From positions 4,530 to 68,529 of the forward strand of contig JAZRPG010000045.1 in NCBI GenBank assembly GCA_045649105.1: a stretch of 64,000 nucleotides of DNA, written 5' to 3'. The stretch is from Eubacteriales bacterium. Its GTDB lineage: Bacteria; Bacillota; Clostridia; Oscillospirales; JAAYXM01. The first letter of the stretch is position 1; every line of letters begins with the position of its first letter. This document shows, one piece after another, positions 30,057 through 38,841 of this stretch. The notes beneath the pieces are model-generated. The model saw nothing but the letters and a program-made list of their open reading frames with translations. It ran no database searches and had not been told where the DNA came from. Position numbers and translations under genes: made by a program.

Positions 30057-30860
30057 CTACCTCCCCGGCTCCGCAAGCGAAACCCTGCCTCGAAGCTCAC
30101 GGCCAAGGAAATTTGAGGCATTTTTAATAAATCCCTCCTTGTCGTCCGACACGAAGAATCTGTGTTTCCCCTCCGTATTCCCGTTCATTCTTATACAACC
30201 GCTGTCGCGCAGATGCCGCGCAGCCTCAAGACCCGGATTTATAAGAGAAACGCCCTCTCCCATAATCTTTCTGATTGCCTTCTCTATTATCGGATAGTGC
30301 GTACAGCCCATAATAAGCGTGTCAACACCTGCCGCGCGCACAGGCTCAAGATATTCCCGTGCAATAATATCAAGCACGGCATCATTCTCGTCTGTACGCC
30401 CGTTTTCCACAAGCGGAACAAACAGAGGACACGGCACGGAATAAAGCTCAGCCCGGGAAATCCTTGACCGTATCTCGCGCTCATAAGCGCCGCTGCTTAT
30501 CGTTGCGCATGTTCCGATTATTCCTATCTTTCCGTTTTTTGTCGCGCGCACCGCGCTCTCCGCCGCAGGCGATACAACACCTATTATCGGCAGACTGTAT
30601 TCACCCTTAACAACGGGAAGCGATACTGAGCTTACAGTCCCGCAGGCCATAAGAATCGCCTTTATGTCAAAGCCCTTTAAAAACTCTATGCTCTCTCTTG
30701 TGTACCGCACTATTGTACTTTCGCTCCGCGTGCCGTAGGGGACTCTCGCCGTATCACCGAGATATACAATATCCTCGCCGGGCAGTATCCGCATTATCTC
30801 TGCCACGGCCGTAAGCCCGCCAAGCCCCGAATCAAACACACCTATAGGTCTCTTATCCAT
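30057..30860 (-). CDS. murI: Glutamate racemase
   Basis: FDSGLGGLT and the Cys motifs LMACGTVSS and MGCTHYP. The start was set to ATG 30860 (MDKRPIGVFDSG). The longer track ORF would overlap ddl by 80 nt. Confidence 0.93.
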   Translation of the reverse strand: MDKRPIGVFDSGLGGLTAVAEIMRILPGEDIVYLGDTARVPYGTRSESTIVRYTRESIEFLKGFDIKAILMACGTVSSVSLPVVKGEYSLPIIGVVSPAAESAVRATKNGKIGIIGTCATISSGAYEREIRSRISRAELYSVPCPLFVPLVENGRTDENDAVLDIIAREYLEPVRAAGVDTLIMGCTHYPIIEKAIRKIMGEGVSLINPGLEAARHLRDSGCIRMNGNTEGKHRFFVSDDKEGFIKNASNFLGRELRGRVSLAEPGR

Positions 30861-30861
30861 A

Positions 30862-31917
30862 TCAACCCTCCAGCGCGAACTCAATAATCTTATCAAGAAG
30901 CTCAGAAAACGGAATTCCGCACGCGTCAAACAGCTTTGCATACATGCTTATGCTCGTAAACCCCGGGATTGTGTTTATCTCATTAAACACTATTTCTCCG
31001 CTTTTGCGCGTAACGAAAAAGTCAACGCGTGACATGCACTTGCAACCGAGCGCAAGATAAATTTTCTTAGCATATTCGCAGATGCGTGCAGATGTCTCGT
31101 CATCAATTCGTGCAGGGATAATTATTTCGGAACTGTTGTCCACATACTTTGACTCGTATGAATAAAACTCGCGCGACGGAAGAATCTCACCGCAGACAGA
31201 CGCCTCCGGCGCAGAGTTCCCGAGAACCGCCACCTCTATCTCGCGTCCGTCTATAAACTCCTCAACAAGCGCCTTTCCGCCGTACTTCAGCGCCTCTGTG
31301 AGCCCGCTTTCAAGCTCTGCTCTGCTTTTTGCTTTGCTCGTGCCGACTGAGGAGCCCGTACCCGCAGGCTTTACAAACACGGGATAAGAAAAACGCTTCT
31401 CAATTTTCTCTGTAATATCCGCGCCGGTGCCCTCTTCTGATGTTACAAGAACCCAGTCCGCCTGACGCACGCCCGTTGTCGCTGCAACAAGCTTTGTCGC
31501 CGACTTATCCATAGCAATTGCACTTGCCTCGCAGCCCGGTCCGACAAAAGGAACACCCGCAAGCTCAAGCATGCCCTGAACGCGCCCGTCCTCACCGTTT
31601 TCTCCATGGAGCACGGGAAAAACGACATCTGCCTTAAGAAGCTTCGCGCTCTCTAACAGAAAAACGCCGGCGCTTGCACGGTTTGAACTGAAGGCACAAG
31701 CATATCTTTCCGCGCGCTTTTCCCATGTGTTTTCCAAAAGCTCGTTTTCTGAAAGCTCCGGGCAGTAGTACCATTCGCCCGCGCGTGTTATTCCGACGGG
31801 CAGAATGTCATACCTGCCGCCCGAGAGGCCGGAAATAACCGAAGCGGCAGACAAAAGCGATATTTCGTGTTCCGAGGATATACCTCCGAACAGGACACAT
31901 ATCTTTATTTTTTGCAT
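30862..31917 (-). CDS. ddl: D-alanine--D-alanine ligase
   Basis: 351 aa ATP-grasp protein with GGISSEHEISL, VFPVLHGENGEDG and EINTIPGFT motifs. Confidence 0.95.
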   Translation of the reverse strand: MQKIKICVLFGGISSEHEISLLSAASVISGLSGGRYDILPVGITRAGEWYYCPELSENELLENTWEKRAERYACAFSSNRASAGVFLLESAKLLKADVVFPVLHGENGEDGRVQGMLELAGVPFVGPGCEASAIAMDKSATKLVAATTGVRQADWVLVTSEEGTGADITEKIEKRFSYPVFVKPAGTGSSVGTSKAKSRAELESGLTEALKYGGKALVEEFIDGREIEVAVLGNSAPEASVCGEILPSREFYSYESKYVDNSSEIIIPARIDDETSARICEYAKKIYLALGCKCMSRVDFFVTRKSGEIVFNEINTIPGFTSISMYAKLFDACGIPFSELLDKIIEFALEG

Positions 31918-32105
31918 GTTGACAACTCCTTGACAAATTTCTCAGAAACATGAGGATAAAACGAGGAAAAATGTGAACATTTATTTATATGTGGAAAAAC
32001 AGACTCATATGTTGTATAATGATACCGCAAAGCAGGCACGAACCTGCAGCAGACACATTCCATATACTGTAACAAAAAACACGCATTTTATAAGGGGTTT
32101 AAGAA

Positions 32106-32510
32106 ATGAAGATAGAACTCTCAAGCAAACAATTCCGAAGGCTTCTGGACCTTGTTTATATCGGCAACTGGATACTTAACTCAACGCGCGGTAACGACAG
32201 AATACCCGACTTTGACACTCTGGAGAGCTACTTGTTTTCTCTTTGCCCGAAGTACGGAATGGACTCACTCTGCGACCTTACGGGTGCCGAAGCGCTTCCC
32301 TCACAGGCTTTTTCCGAGGGCGGAATCCACGAGGCAATCATGGACTACGAGGATACCGTGTTTTTTGAAATACTCGCAGAGGAGCTTGCCCACCGCGACA
32401 TATGCGAGTCCGGGGAAGACACCGAAGAGCTGAGCCGCCGCATAAACGCGTACATTTCAGAATTTGAGCGCAACGGAGTATCAAACATCTCTGTCGAAGG
32501 TGACTTCTAG
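32106..32510 (+). CDS. Hypothetical acidic protein
   Basis: 134 aa with RBS AAGGGG upstream. No family was recognised. Confidence 0.5.
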   Translation: MKIELSSKQFRRLLDLVYIGNWILNSTRGNDRIPDFDTLESYLFSLCPKYGMDSLCDLTGAEALPSQAFSEGGIHEAIMDYEDTVFFEILAEELAHRDICESGEDTEELSRRINAYISEFERNGVSNISVEGDF

Positions 32511-33163
32511 AGAACGTACAGAATTATGGAAAGAAAGTGGCAAACGCTTCCCGAAAGGACAAAAAAATGGAAAACGGAATGCATGTATTTCACACGCTTT
32601 CCAATTCCGTAGAGCACGGCGCCCGCAGTGTACGCAATGCCGCCCGAAACAAGAAGCCACAGACCGGGTTCCGGCAGTGCAGCGGCAAGAGGCCGTGCAG
32701 AAAAAACTATCGCCCAGCCCATGCTTATATAAATTATCATTGACAGCACGCGGAATTTATGGACATTGATTGCACTGAAAACTATTCCGACGATTGCAAC
32801 CGCCCATATCCCGCAGAAAATCGGGAGCCCGACGCTCTCTGAAAGCGTGATAAGCGTATACGGAGTATATGTCCCTGCAATAAGTATGTATATACTGCAA
32901 TGGTCAAGCGTGCGGAATACCTTTTTCGCGAGGTTTACCTTTAGCGCATGATATATCGTAGATATCGTGTAGAGAAGTATGATTGCAGACCCGTAAATAC
33001 TTCCGCTTACTATCCCGATTGTGCTTCCGCTTCTGACGCTGTTTATGACACAGAGGACAAGGACAACGATTCCGAAAACGGCACCCAGCCCGTGTGATAT
33101 TGAATTCACAAGCTCTTCACCAAGCGTATATTTAGGTATCCCGTACCTTTTCTTTTCTTCCAT
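32507..33163 (-). CDS. Hemolysin III / PAQR family channel protein
   Basis: 218 aa with 7 TM helices and ISHGLGA, IYHAL and HSVFHFFVL motifs. Confidence 0.88.
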   Translation of the reverse strand: MEEKKRYGIPKYTLGEELVNSISHGLGAVFGIVVLVLCVINSVRSGSTIGIVSGSIYGSAIILLYTISTIYHALKVNLAKKVFRTLDHCSIYILIAGTYTPYTLITLSESVGLPIFCGIWAVAIVGIVFSAINVHKFRVLSMIIYISMGWAIVFSARPLAAALPEPGLWLLVSGGIAYTAGAVLYGIGKRVKYMHSVFHFFVLSGSVCHFLSIILYVL

Positions 33164-33188
33164 TCGTCACCGCTCCTTGCTTTATATT

Positions 33189-33217
33189 ATAATATCACTT
33201 ATTTAATTAAATTACAA
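33189..33217 (-). promoter_or_regulatory. Candidate sigma-A promoter for the hemolysin III gene (TTGTAA-17-TATTAT)
   Basis: -35 is at 33212-33217 (rc) and -10 at 33189-33194 (rc). Confidence 0.4.
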
Positions 33218-33299
33218 TGCATTTTATATCATGCAGCCGCCGTCTGTGCTATCCTCTTTTTCCCAACAAAAATGCAGATAAGTCTCCTTTATTAAGATA

Positions 33300-33343
33300 C
33301 AAACTGCTCAACTCCCTCACCGAGAGTTGAGCAGTTTGTTTTT
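33300..33343 (-). terminator. Strong hairpin downstream of clpB (15-bp stem CAAACTGCTCAACTC / GAGTTGAGCAGTTTG)
   Basis: A perfect 15-bp stem with a 9-nt loop. The clean T5 run is on the plus strand. On the minus strand the tail is UAUCUUAAU. Confidence 0.55.
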
Positions 33344-33361
33344 ACTACTGAATATCTTCCC

Positions 33362-35965
33362 TTATTTTGCTTCTCTTTCTGCCGAAACCGAAAGCTCCCC
33401 GTCTTTTAAATCCACAACAATCGTTGTCTGCGGACGAAGGTCCTCTGCGATTATCTTCCGTCCGACGAGCGTTTCAACCCTGCTCTGTATAAATCTGCGC
33501 AGGGGCCGTGCGCCGTACACGCGGTCAAAGCCCTCTGAAATTATATAGTCACGCGCCCGCTCCGTAACCTCAAGCGAGAGCTGTCTTCCCTGCAGACGCA
33601 TGCGTAAATCATCAATCATGAGCTCTGCTATACGCCCGATATCCTCATGTGAGAGCGGTCTGTAGAACACAATCTCGTCAAGCCTGTTTAAAAACTCGGG
33701 ACGGAATCGCATCTTCAGAAGCTCTCCGACCTTCTCCTTCACCGTATCGGAAAGCCCGTTGCCGTCAATTCCATCAAGAATTATGTCCGAGCCGAGATTT
33801 GACGTGAGAATCAGAATCGTGTTCTTGAAATCAACCGTCTTGCCCTGCGAATCGGTAATGCGTCCGTCATCAAGCACCTGGAGAAGAATGTTAAACACGT
33901 CCGGGTGTGCCTTTTCAACCTCGTCAAACAGCACAACGGAATACGGGCGTTTGCGCACGGCTTCCGTCAGCTGTCCTCCCTCCTCATAGCCGACATATCC
34001 CGGAGGCGCTCCGACAAGCCTTGATACAGAGTGCTTCTCCATATACTCACTCATATCAATTCTTATCATATTCTTTTCATCGTCAAACAGAGCCTCTGAA
34101 AGAGCCTTTGCAAGCTCGGTTTTTCCCACACCGGTCGGTCCGAGGAACAAAAACGATCCTATCGGCCGTTTCGGGTCTGCAATTCCTGCGCGGGAGCGCA
34201 AAATAGCCTCGCTGACACTGCGCACCGCCTCGTCCTGTCCTATCACGCGGCGGTGAAGAATCTCCTCAAGCCCGAGAAGCTTCTCACGCTCGCTCTCAAG
34301 AAGCTTTGAAACGGGAATCCCCGTCCATCTACCGATTATCTTTGCTATTTCCTCATCAGTTACCTTGTCACGAAGGAGCGTGTTTTTCCCCTCCGCCTCC
34401 TCTGCAACCTGCTCAGCGGCCTCAATCTCCGCTTTGAGCGCGGGCAGGCGGCCGTACTTAAGCTCTGCCGCGCGGTTTAAGTCATATTTTTCCTCGGCGC
34501 GCTCTATCTCCGCATTAACACCCTCAAGCTCCTCACGAAGCCGCGAGAGCTTCTCTATCGACTCCTTTTCATTCTCCCATTTTGCCTTCATCTCGGAAAA
34601 TTCGCTTCTGATTTCTGAAAGCTCGCGGCGAATGTCCTCAAGATGCGCCTTTGACGCGTCGTCGCTCTCACGGAGAAGCGCCGCCTCCTCAATCTCATGC
34701 TGCATTATTCTGCGCGAGATTTCATCAAGCTCCGTCGGCATTGAGTCTATCTCCGTCCGTATCATGGCGCAAGCCTCGTCTACAAGGTCTATTGCCTTAT
34801 CGGGCAGGAATCTGTCAGATATATACCGCGCGGAAAGTACTGCCGCCGCAATAAGTGCAGGGTCCTGAATCTTGACGCCGTGAAACACCTCATAACGCTC
34901 ACGCAGACCCCTGAGTATTGATATTGTGTCCTCAACTGTCGGCTCATCTACAAGCACGGGCTGGAACCTGCGCTCAAGCGCCGCGTCTTTCTCTATATAC
35001 TTTCTGTATTCGTTAAGAGTTGTCGCACCGATGCAGTGAAGCTCGCCCCTTGCAAGAAGCGGTTTCAGCAGATTTCCGGCGTCCATTGCACCGTCGGTCT
35101 TACCCGCTCCGACTATCGTATGAAGCTCATCGATAAACAAAATTATCTTCCCGTCACTCGCCTTTATCTCATTGAGCACTGCCTTAAGCCGTTCCTCAAA
35201 TTCGCCGCGGAATTTTGCCCCTGCAATAAGGGCGCCCATATCAAGCGAGAATATCGTGCGGTCCGAGAGTGACTTCGGCACATCTCCGCGCACTATACGC
35301 ATCGCAAGCCCCTCCGCAATCGCAGTTTTTCCGACACCCGGCTCTCCGATAAGCACAGGGTTATTCTTCGTCTTTCGCGACAGAATGCGTATCACATTCC
35401 GTATTTCAGTGTCGCGCCCGATTACCGGGTCAAGCTTCTTGGCTCTGGCAAGCTCAACAAGGTCAGTGCCGTACTTTTTGAGCGCATCGTAGGTTCCTTC
35501 CGGGTCGTCACTCGTCACGCGCGCGTTCTTTCTGACTGTTGAAAGTGCCTGAAGAAACGCGTCTGTCGTAATAGAGAATTTCTTTATTATCTTCTTCATC
35601 TCTCCGGACGGCTTTTCAAGCAAACCGAGCATTATATGCTCAACGGAAATATATTCATCCTTCATGCGCTCCGCCTGCTTTTCCGCGGCATTGAGCGCAA
35701 GCTCCGCATCACGCGATACATATACATTCCCCGAATCGCCCGAGACCTTCGGAAGCCTCGATATCGCCTCCGATGCGGCAGACGCGATATCTGACGCCTT
35801 AATACCGAGCTTTTCCGCAAGGCCGGAAATGAGCCCGCCCTCCTGTGATACAAGAGCATACAGAATATGCTCCTGTTCTATCTGTGTATTTCCGTACTCA
35901 AGCGCCGCTGCCTGAGCACGCTGCAAAGCTTCCATTGACTTTTGGGTCAGTTTCTGCATATTCAT
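33362..35965 (-). CDS. clpB: ATP-dependent chaperone ClpB
   Basis: 867 aa with two AAA+ modules ([18 protein letters not shown]) and a long coiled-coil M-domain between them. The N-domain is of the ClpB type. Confidence 0.95.
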   Translation of the reverse strand: MNMQKLTQKSMEALQRAQAAALEYGNTQIEQEHILYALVSQEGGLISGLAEKLGIKASDIASAASEAISRLPKVSGDSGNVYVSRDAELALNAAEKQAERMKDEYISVEHIMLGLLEKPSGEMKKIIKKFSITTDAFLQALSTVRKNARVTSDDPEGTYDALKKYGTDLVELARAKKLDPVIGRDTEIRNVIRILSRKTKNNPVLIGEPGVGKTAIAEGLAMRIVRGDVPKSLSDRTIFSLDMGALIAGAKFRGEFEERLKAVLNEIKASDGKIILFIDELHTIVGAGKTDGAMDAGNLLKPLLARGELHCIGATTLNEYRKYIEKDAALERRFQPVLVDEPTVEDTISILRGLRERYEVFHGVKIQDPALIAAAVLSARYISDRFLPDKAIDLVDEACAMIRTEIDSMPTELDEISRRIMQHEIEEAALLRESDDASKAHLEDIRRELSEIRSEFSEMKAKWENEKESIEKLSRLREELEGVNAEIERAEEKYDLNRAAELKYGRLPALKAEIEAAEQVAEEAEGKNTLLRDKVTDEEIAKIIGRWTGIPVSKLLESEREKLLGLEEILHRRVIGQDEAVRSVSEAILRSRAGIADPKRPIGSFLFLGPTGVGKTELAKALSEALFDDEKNMIRIDMSEYMEKHSVSRLVGAPPGYVGYEEGGQLTEAVRKRPYSVVLFDEVEKAHPDVFNILLQVLDDGRITDSQGKTVDFKNTILILTSNLGSDIILDGIDGNGLSDTVKEKVGELLKMRFRPEFLNRLDEIVFYRPLSHEDIGRIAELMIDDLRMRLQGRQLSLEVTERARDYIISEGFDRVYGARPLRRFIQSRVETLVGRKIIAEDLRPQTTIVVDLKDGELSVSAEREAK

Positions 35966-35986
35966 AAAAAATCCTCCTTTGCACAG

Positions 35987-36634
35987 CTATATTAAAATTG
36001 CACCTGAGCTTACATATCTTCTGTATATGTCCGAAATACGGGCAGTGGCCCGTTCCGTATCGGGCAGAGACTCAAAATATGCGCTGATTCCGTCATGCAG
36101 AACGCGAATATACCCCGCCGCGGCACTCCCGATTTCCGTTGCGTCCGCCTTTTTGTGCGGCATGCGAAGACATCTGGTATATTTCCCCGCCTCGAGGAAT
36201 ACACGAGGAGATGTGCCCGAATACGCCGTTTCCACCCGTTCCCACATCTCAAAGAAAAGACCGACCTGTGATATAAGCATAGGGTTCTGCGTCCTCAGTA
36301 CAGCGCGCAGCTCACCGAAAAATTCATCCGCCTCGGAATACAGCGCAACGGAATATCTTATCGTCGGATTATACTTAAAGCTCAGCGAGCTTTTTACCGC
36401 AAAAAGAGTATCAGACTGTGCCGCGTGTATACGAAAATCATTATCGCTCTCAATCATGCGACCAAGCTCAGAAAAAATCCTCCGCGCATGTGTCTCCGGC
36501 GTTGACATGCTGACATATTCGGCCAAAATCCTGTTTATCATACCCGAACGGCTCGTTCCGTTAAGATATGCGACGCGGTCAACCGCACGCACCACATCCT
36601 CAAGCAATGTTATACTGTAAACATTCTTCTTCAT
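35987..36634 (-). CDS. Ribbon-helix-helix (CopG/Arc-like) domain protein with uncharacterised 165-aa C-terminal domain
   Basis: 215 aa. The N-terminal VYSITLLEDVVRAVDRVAYLNGTSRSGMINRILAEYV fits a beta-strand/helix/helix RHH pattern. The stop lies only 21 nt upstream of the clpB start. Confidence 0.65.
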   Translation of the reverse strand: MKKNVYSITLLEDVVRAVDRVAYLNGTSRSGMINRILAEYVSMSTPETHARRIFSELGRMIESDNDFRIHAAQSDTLFAVKSSLSFKYNPTIRYSVALYSEADEFFGELRAVLRTQNPMLISQVGLFFEMWERVETAYSGTSPRVFLEAGKYTRCLRMPHKKADATEIGSAAAGYIRVLHDGISAYFESLPDTERATARISDIYRRYVSSGAILI

Positions 36635-36658
36635 GCTTTGCCACCTTTCTCTGTATTT

Positions 36659-36686
36659 AGTATAACATTTATAAATAATTTGTCAA
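36659..36686 (-). promoter_or_regulatory. Sigma-A promoter for the RHH gene-clpB operon (TTGACA-16-TATACT, with TG extension)
   Basis: -35 is at 36681-36686 (rc) and -10 at 36659-36664 (rc), preceded by TGT. Confidence 0.55.
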
Positions 36687-36701
36687 GCAATTTATATAAA
36701 T
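36667..36701. promoter_or_regulatory. Two perfect AT palindromes flanking the -35 box: ATTTATAAAT (36667-36676) and ATTTATATAAAT (36690-36701)
   Basis: Read directly from the sequence. One palindrome is inside the promoter spacer and one is just upstream of -35. This is a candidate operator for the RHH protein. Confidence 0.35.
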
Positions 36702-36947
36702 CTGTTTACGACTTTCCTTTTGCACAATTTTCTCTTTTTTATTTGTGCATTTTGACTTGCTTTACAAAAATTCTCTATATTCGCATTTTGCTTTAATATA
36801 ATTTGCATTTCTCCATTAAATATTACCTATTTTTTAAATCTTCCGGATTTAGCTCCCCCGAATTTACATATTCGCACCTCTTTTTTGTGTATTTATTATA
36901 GTCTATATTGTACAAAACTACTGCGAAAGCTTTGTCTAATAAGAGAA

Positions 36948-36976
36948 TTTACATTTTACCCGGATAATGATATATT
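36948..36976 (+). promoter_or_regulatory. Candidate sigma-A promoter for the msmK-like gene (TTTACA-17-TATATT)
   Basis: -35 is at 36948-36953 and -10 at 36971-36976, about 57 nt upstream of the ATG. Confidence 0.45.
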
Positions 36977-37033
36977 TAATACAGTAAAAAAGGCGGCGGG
37001 CTTTTCCGCTTCCTAAAAACGGAGGTTTTTTTA

Positions 37034-38146
37034 ATGTCAAGTGTAAGACTCGAACATGTTTACAAGAGATTCGCAGGCGGCGTTACCGCTGTTTCAGATT
37101 TCTGCATCGATGTTGCAGACAAGGAATTCATCATCCTCGTCGGCCCGTCAGGCTGCGGTAAATCAACAACACTGCGCATGATTGCAGGCCTTGAGGAGAT
37201 TTCAGAGGGTGAGCTCTATATCGACGATACTCTCTGCAACGATGTCGCGCCGAAGGACCGCGATATTGCTATGGTTTTCCAGAACTACGCTCTTTATCCG
37301 CATATGACAGTTTTTGAAAACATGGCTTTCGGACTTAAACTCCGCAAGACACCTAAGGCTGAAATCCAGCGCCGCGTTGAAGAGGCTGCAAAAATCCTCG
37401 AAATCGATCATCTCCTCGACAGAAAGCCGAAGGCTCTGTCCGGCGGTCAGAGACAGCGTGTTGCGCTCGGACGTGCTATCGTCCGCAGCCCGAAGGTATT
37501 CCTTCTTGACGAGCCGCTCTCAAACCTCGATGCAAAGCTTCGTGCATCAATGAGAACAGAGCTTTCAAAGCTCCATGAGCGTCTTGCAACAACCTTTATC
37601 TATGTTACACATGACCAGGTCGAGGCTATGACGATGGGAACGCGTATCGTAGTTATGAAGGACGGTTTCATCCAGCAGACAGCCGCTCCGCATGTCCTTT
37701 ATGAGACACCTGCCAACCTCTTCGTTGCAACATTCATCGGTTCACCCCAGATGAACACATTTGAAGCACGCCTCATCGAAGAGAACGGCAAAACATATCT
37801 CACATTCGACGGATTCAAGGTTGCTCTTCCCGATTCAAAGGGCAGAAAGCCTGAAGTTCTTTCCTACATAGGCAAGGACGTTATCGTCGGTGTCCGCCCC
37901 GAGGCGCTGCATGACGAGGAGGTATATCTCAACCAGTTTGAGGATGCAGTTGTTGATGCAACAGTCGATGTTGTTGAAATGATGGGTCACGAGACATATC
38001 TCTATCTCAGCTGCGGAAGCAAGAACTTTGTCGCACGCGTTTCACCGCGTTCACACACCAAGGTAGGCGACAAAATAAAGGTTGCAATCGAGGCTACAAA
38101 GATTCACCTCTTCGACAAAGAGACAGAGCTTACAATCACAAACTAA
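37034..38146 (+). CDS. Sugar ABC transporter ATP-binding protein (MsmK/MalK/UgpC type, orphan ATPase)
   Basis: 370 aa with Walker A GPSGCGKST, signature LSGGQRQRVALGRA, Walker B FLLDEPLSNLD and a C-terminal MalK-like regulatory (TOBE) domain. Confidence 0.92.
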   Translation: MSSVRLEHVYKRFAGGVTAVSDFCIDVADKEFIILVGPSGCGKSTTLRMIAGLEEISEGELYIDDTLCNDVAPKDRDIAMVFQNYALYPHMTVFENMAFGLKLRKTPKAEIQRRVEEAAKILEIDHLLDRKPKALSGGQRQRVALGRAIVRSPKVFLLDEPLSNLDAKLRASMRTELSKLHERLATTFIYVTHDQVEAMTMGTRIVVMKDGFIQQTAAPHVLYETPANLFVATFIGSPQMNTFEARLIEENGKTYLTFDGFKVALPDSKGRKPEVLSYIGKDVIVGVRPEALHDEEVYLNQFEDAVVDATVDVVEMMGHETYLYLSCGSKNFVARVSPRSHTKVGDKIKVAIEATKIHLFDKETELTITN

Positions 38147-38163
38147 TCTTAAAAGAAAAATTG

Positions 38164-38196
38164 CGCGCCGGACGAAATGTCCGGCGCGTCTTTTAT
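38164..38196 (+). terminator. Rho-independent terminator of the msmK-like gene
   Basis: Stem CGCGCCGGAC / GTCCGGCGCG followed by TCTTTTAT. Confidence 0.75.
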
Positions 38197-38208
38197 CCCG
38201 GCAAAAAA

Positions 38209-38244
38209 AGAGCACGGAAGAATACTGTTCTGCCGTGCTCTTTT
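38209..38244 (-). terminator. Rho-independent terminator of the 38273-38689 gene (usable in both directions)
   Basis: Stem AGAGCACGG..CCGTGCTCT, flanked by A7 on one side and T4 on the other. On the minus strand it is followed by UUUUUUU. Confidence 0.7.
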
Positions 38245-38272
38245 CTCTGTTTCTTTAAGATACCCGATGTGG

Positions 38273-38689
38273 CTATGTCTTTTTTATAACCTTTGCGCGG
38301 CATTTCGGGCAGGTCACCTCAATCTTCCCCTTCCCGCGCGGAACGCGGAGCCTCGTCCTGCACAGCCTGCACCTGAAATGTTTGTGCGTTTTGCGCTCAC
38401 GGATAATGCGGCGTAAAAGCGATACTCTGTCCCGAGCATTTGTCCGAAGCCGCTGATATGCATAAAGCTCACCGCGGCGCGCATCAAATTTCTTTGAAAA
38501 GCACCTGAAATATGCCCAGAATATTATTAAAAGCGCGGGCAAAGAAAGCCACGCAAGCCATCTGAATGACGCGAGCAGCGTCATTATTATTCCTGTTATA
38601 AGCAGCGATTTTGAAAGCTCGTCTATCCCGTATCTGCCGTACATAAACCGCCTGAAACTATTTATAAGTCTCCCGAAAAAACCGTACAT
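38273..38689 (-). CDS. Small membrane protein with C-terminal zinc ribbon
   Basis: It has two hydrophobic helices and then CRLCRTRLRVPRGKGKIEVTCPKC. The start was set to ATG 38689 (MYGFFGRL), downstream of a GGAGG. Confidence 0.6.
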   Translation of the reverse strand: MYGFFGRLINSFRRFMYGRYGIDELSKSLLITGIIMTLLASFRWLAWLSLPALLIIFWAYFRCFSKKFDARRGELYAYQRLRTNARDRVSLLRRIIRERKTHKHFRCRLCRTRLRVPRGKGKIEVTCPKCRAKVIKKT

Positions 38690-38841
38690 AATAAGCGATG
38701 CCTCCGATATATCTTTGGATTTTATTTTACTACAGTAATGTATTATATTCAATAACTGAGGCGCAAACGTTACACTTTGTTTACACATAAATCGCGCCCT
38801 GCAGCCGAAAACGCTGCAAGGCGCACTTTTTCTTATATTAA

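Noticed and set aside
36920-36938. GCGAAAGCTTTGTC with the palindrome AAAGCTTT upstream of the msmK-like promoter, considered as a CcpA cre or LacI-family operator.
   Set aside because: It lacks the central CG and the TG...CA ends of the cre consensus (TGWAANCGNTNWCA). The match is too weak to call.
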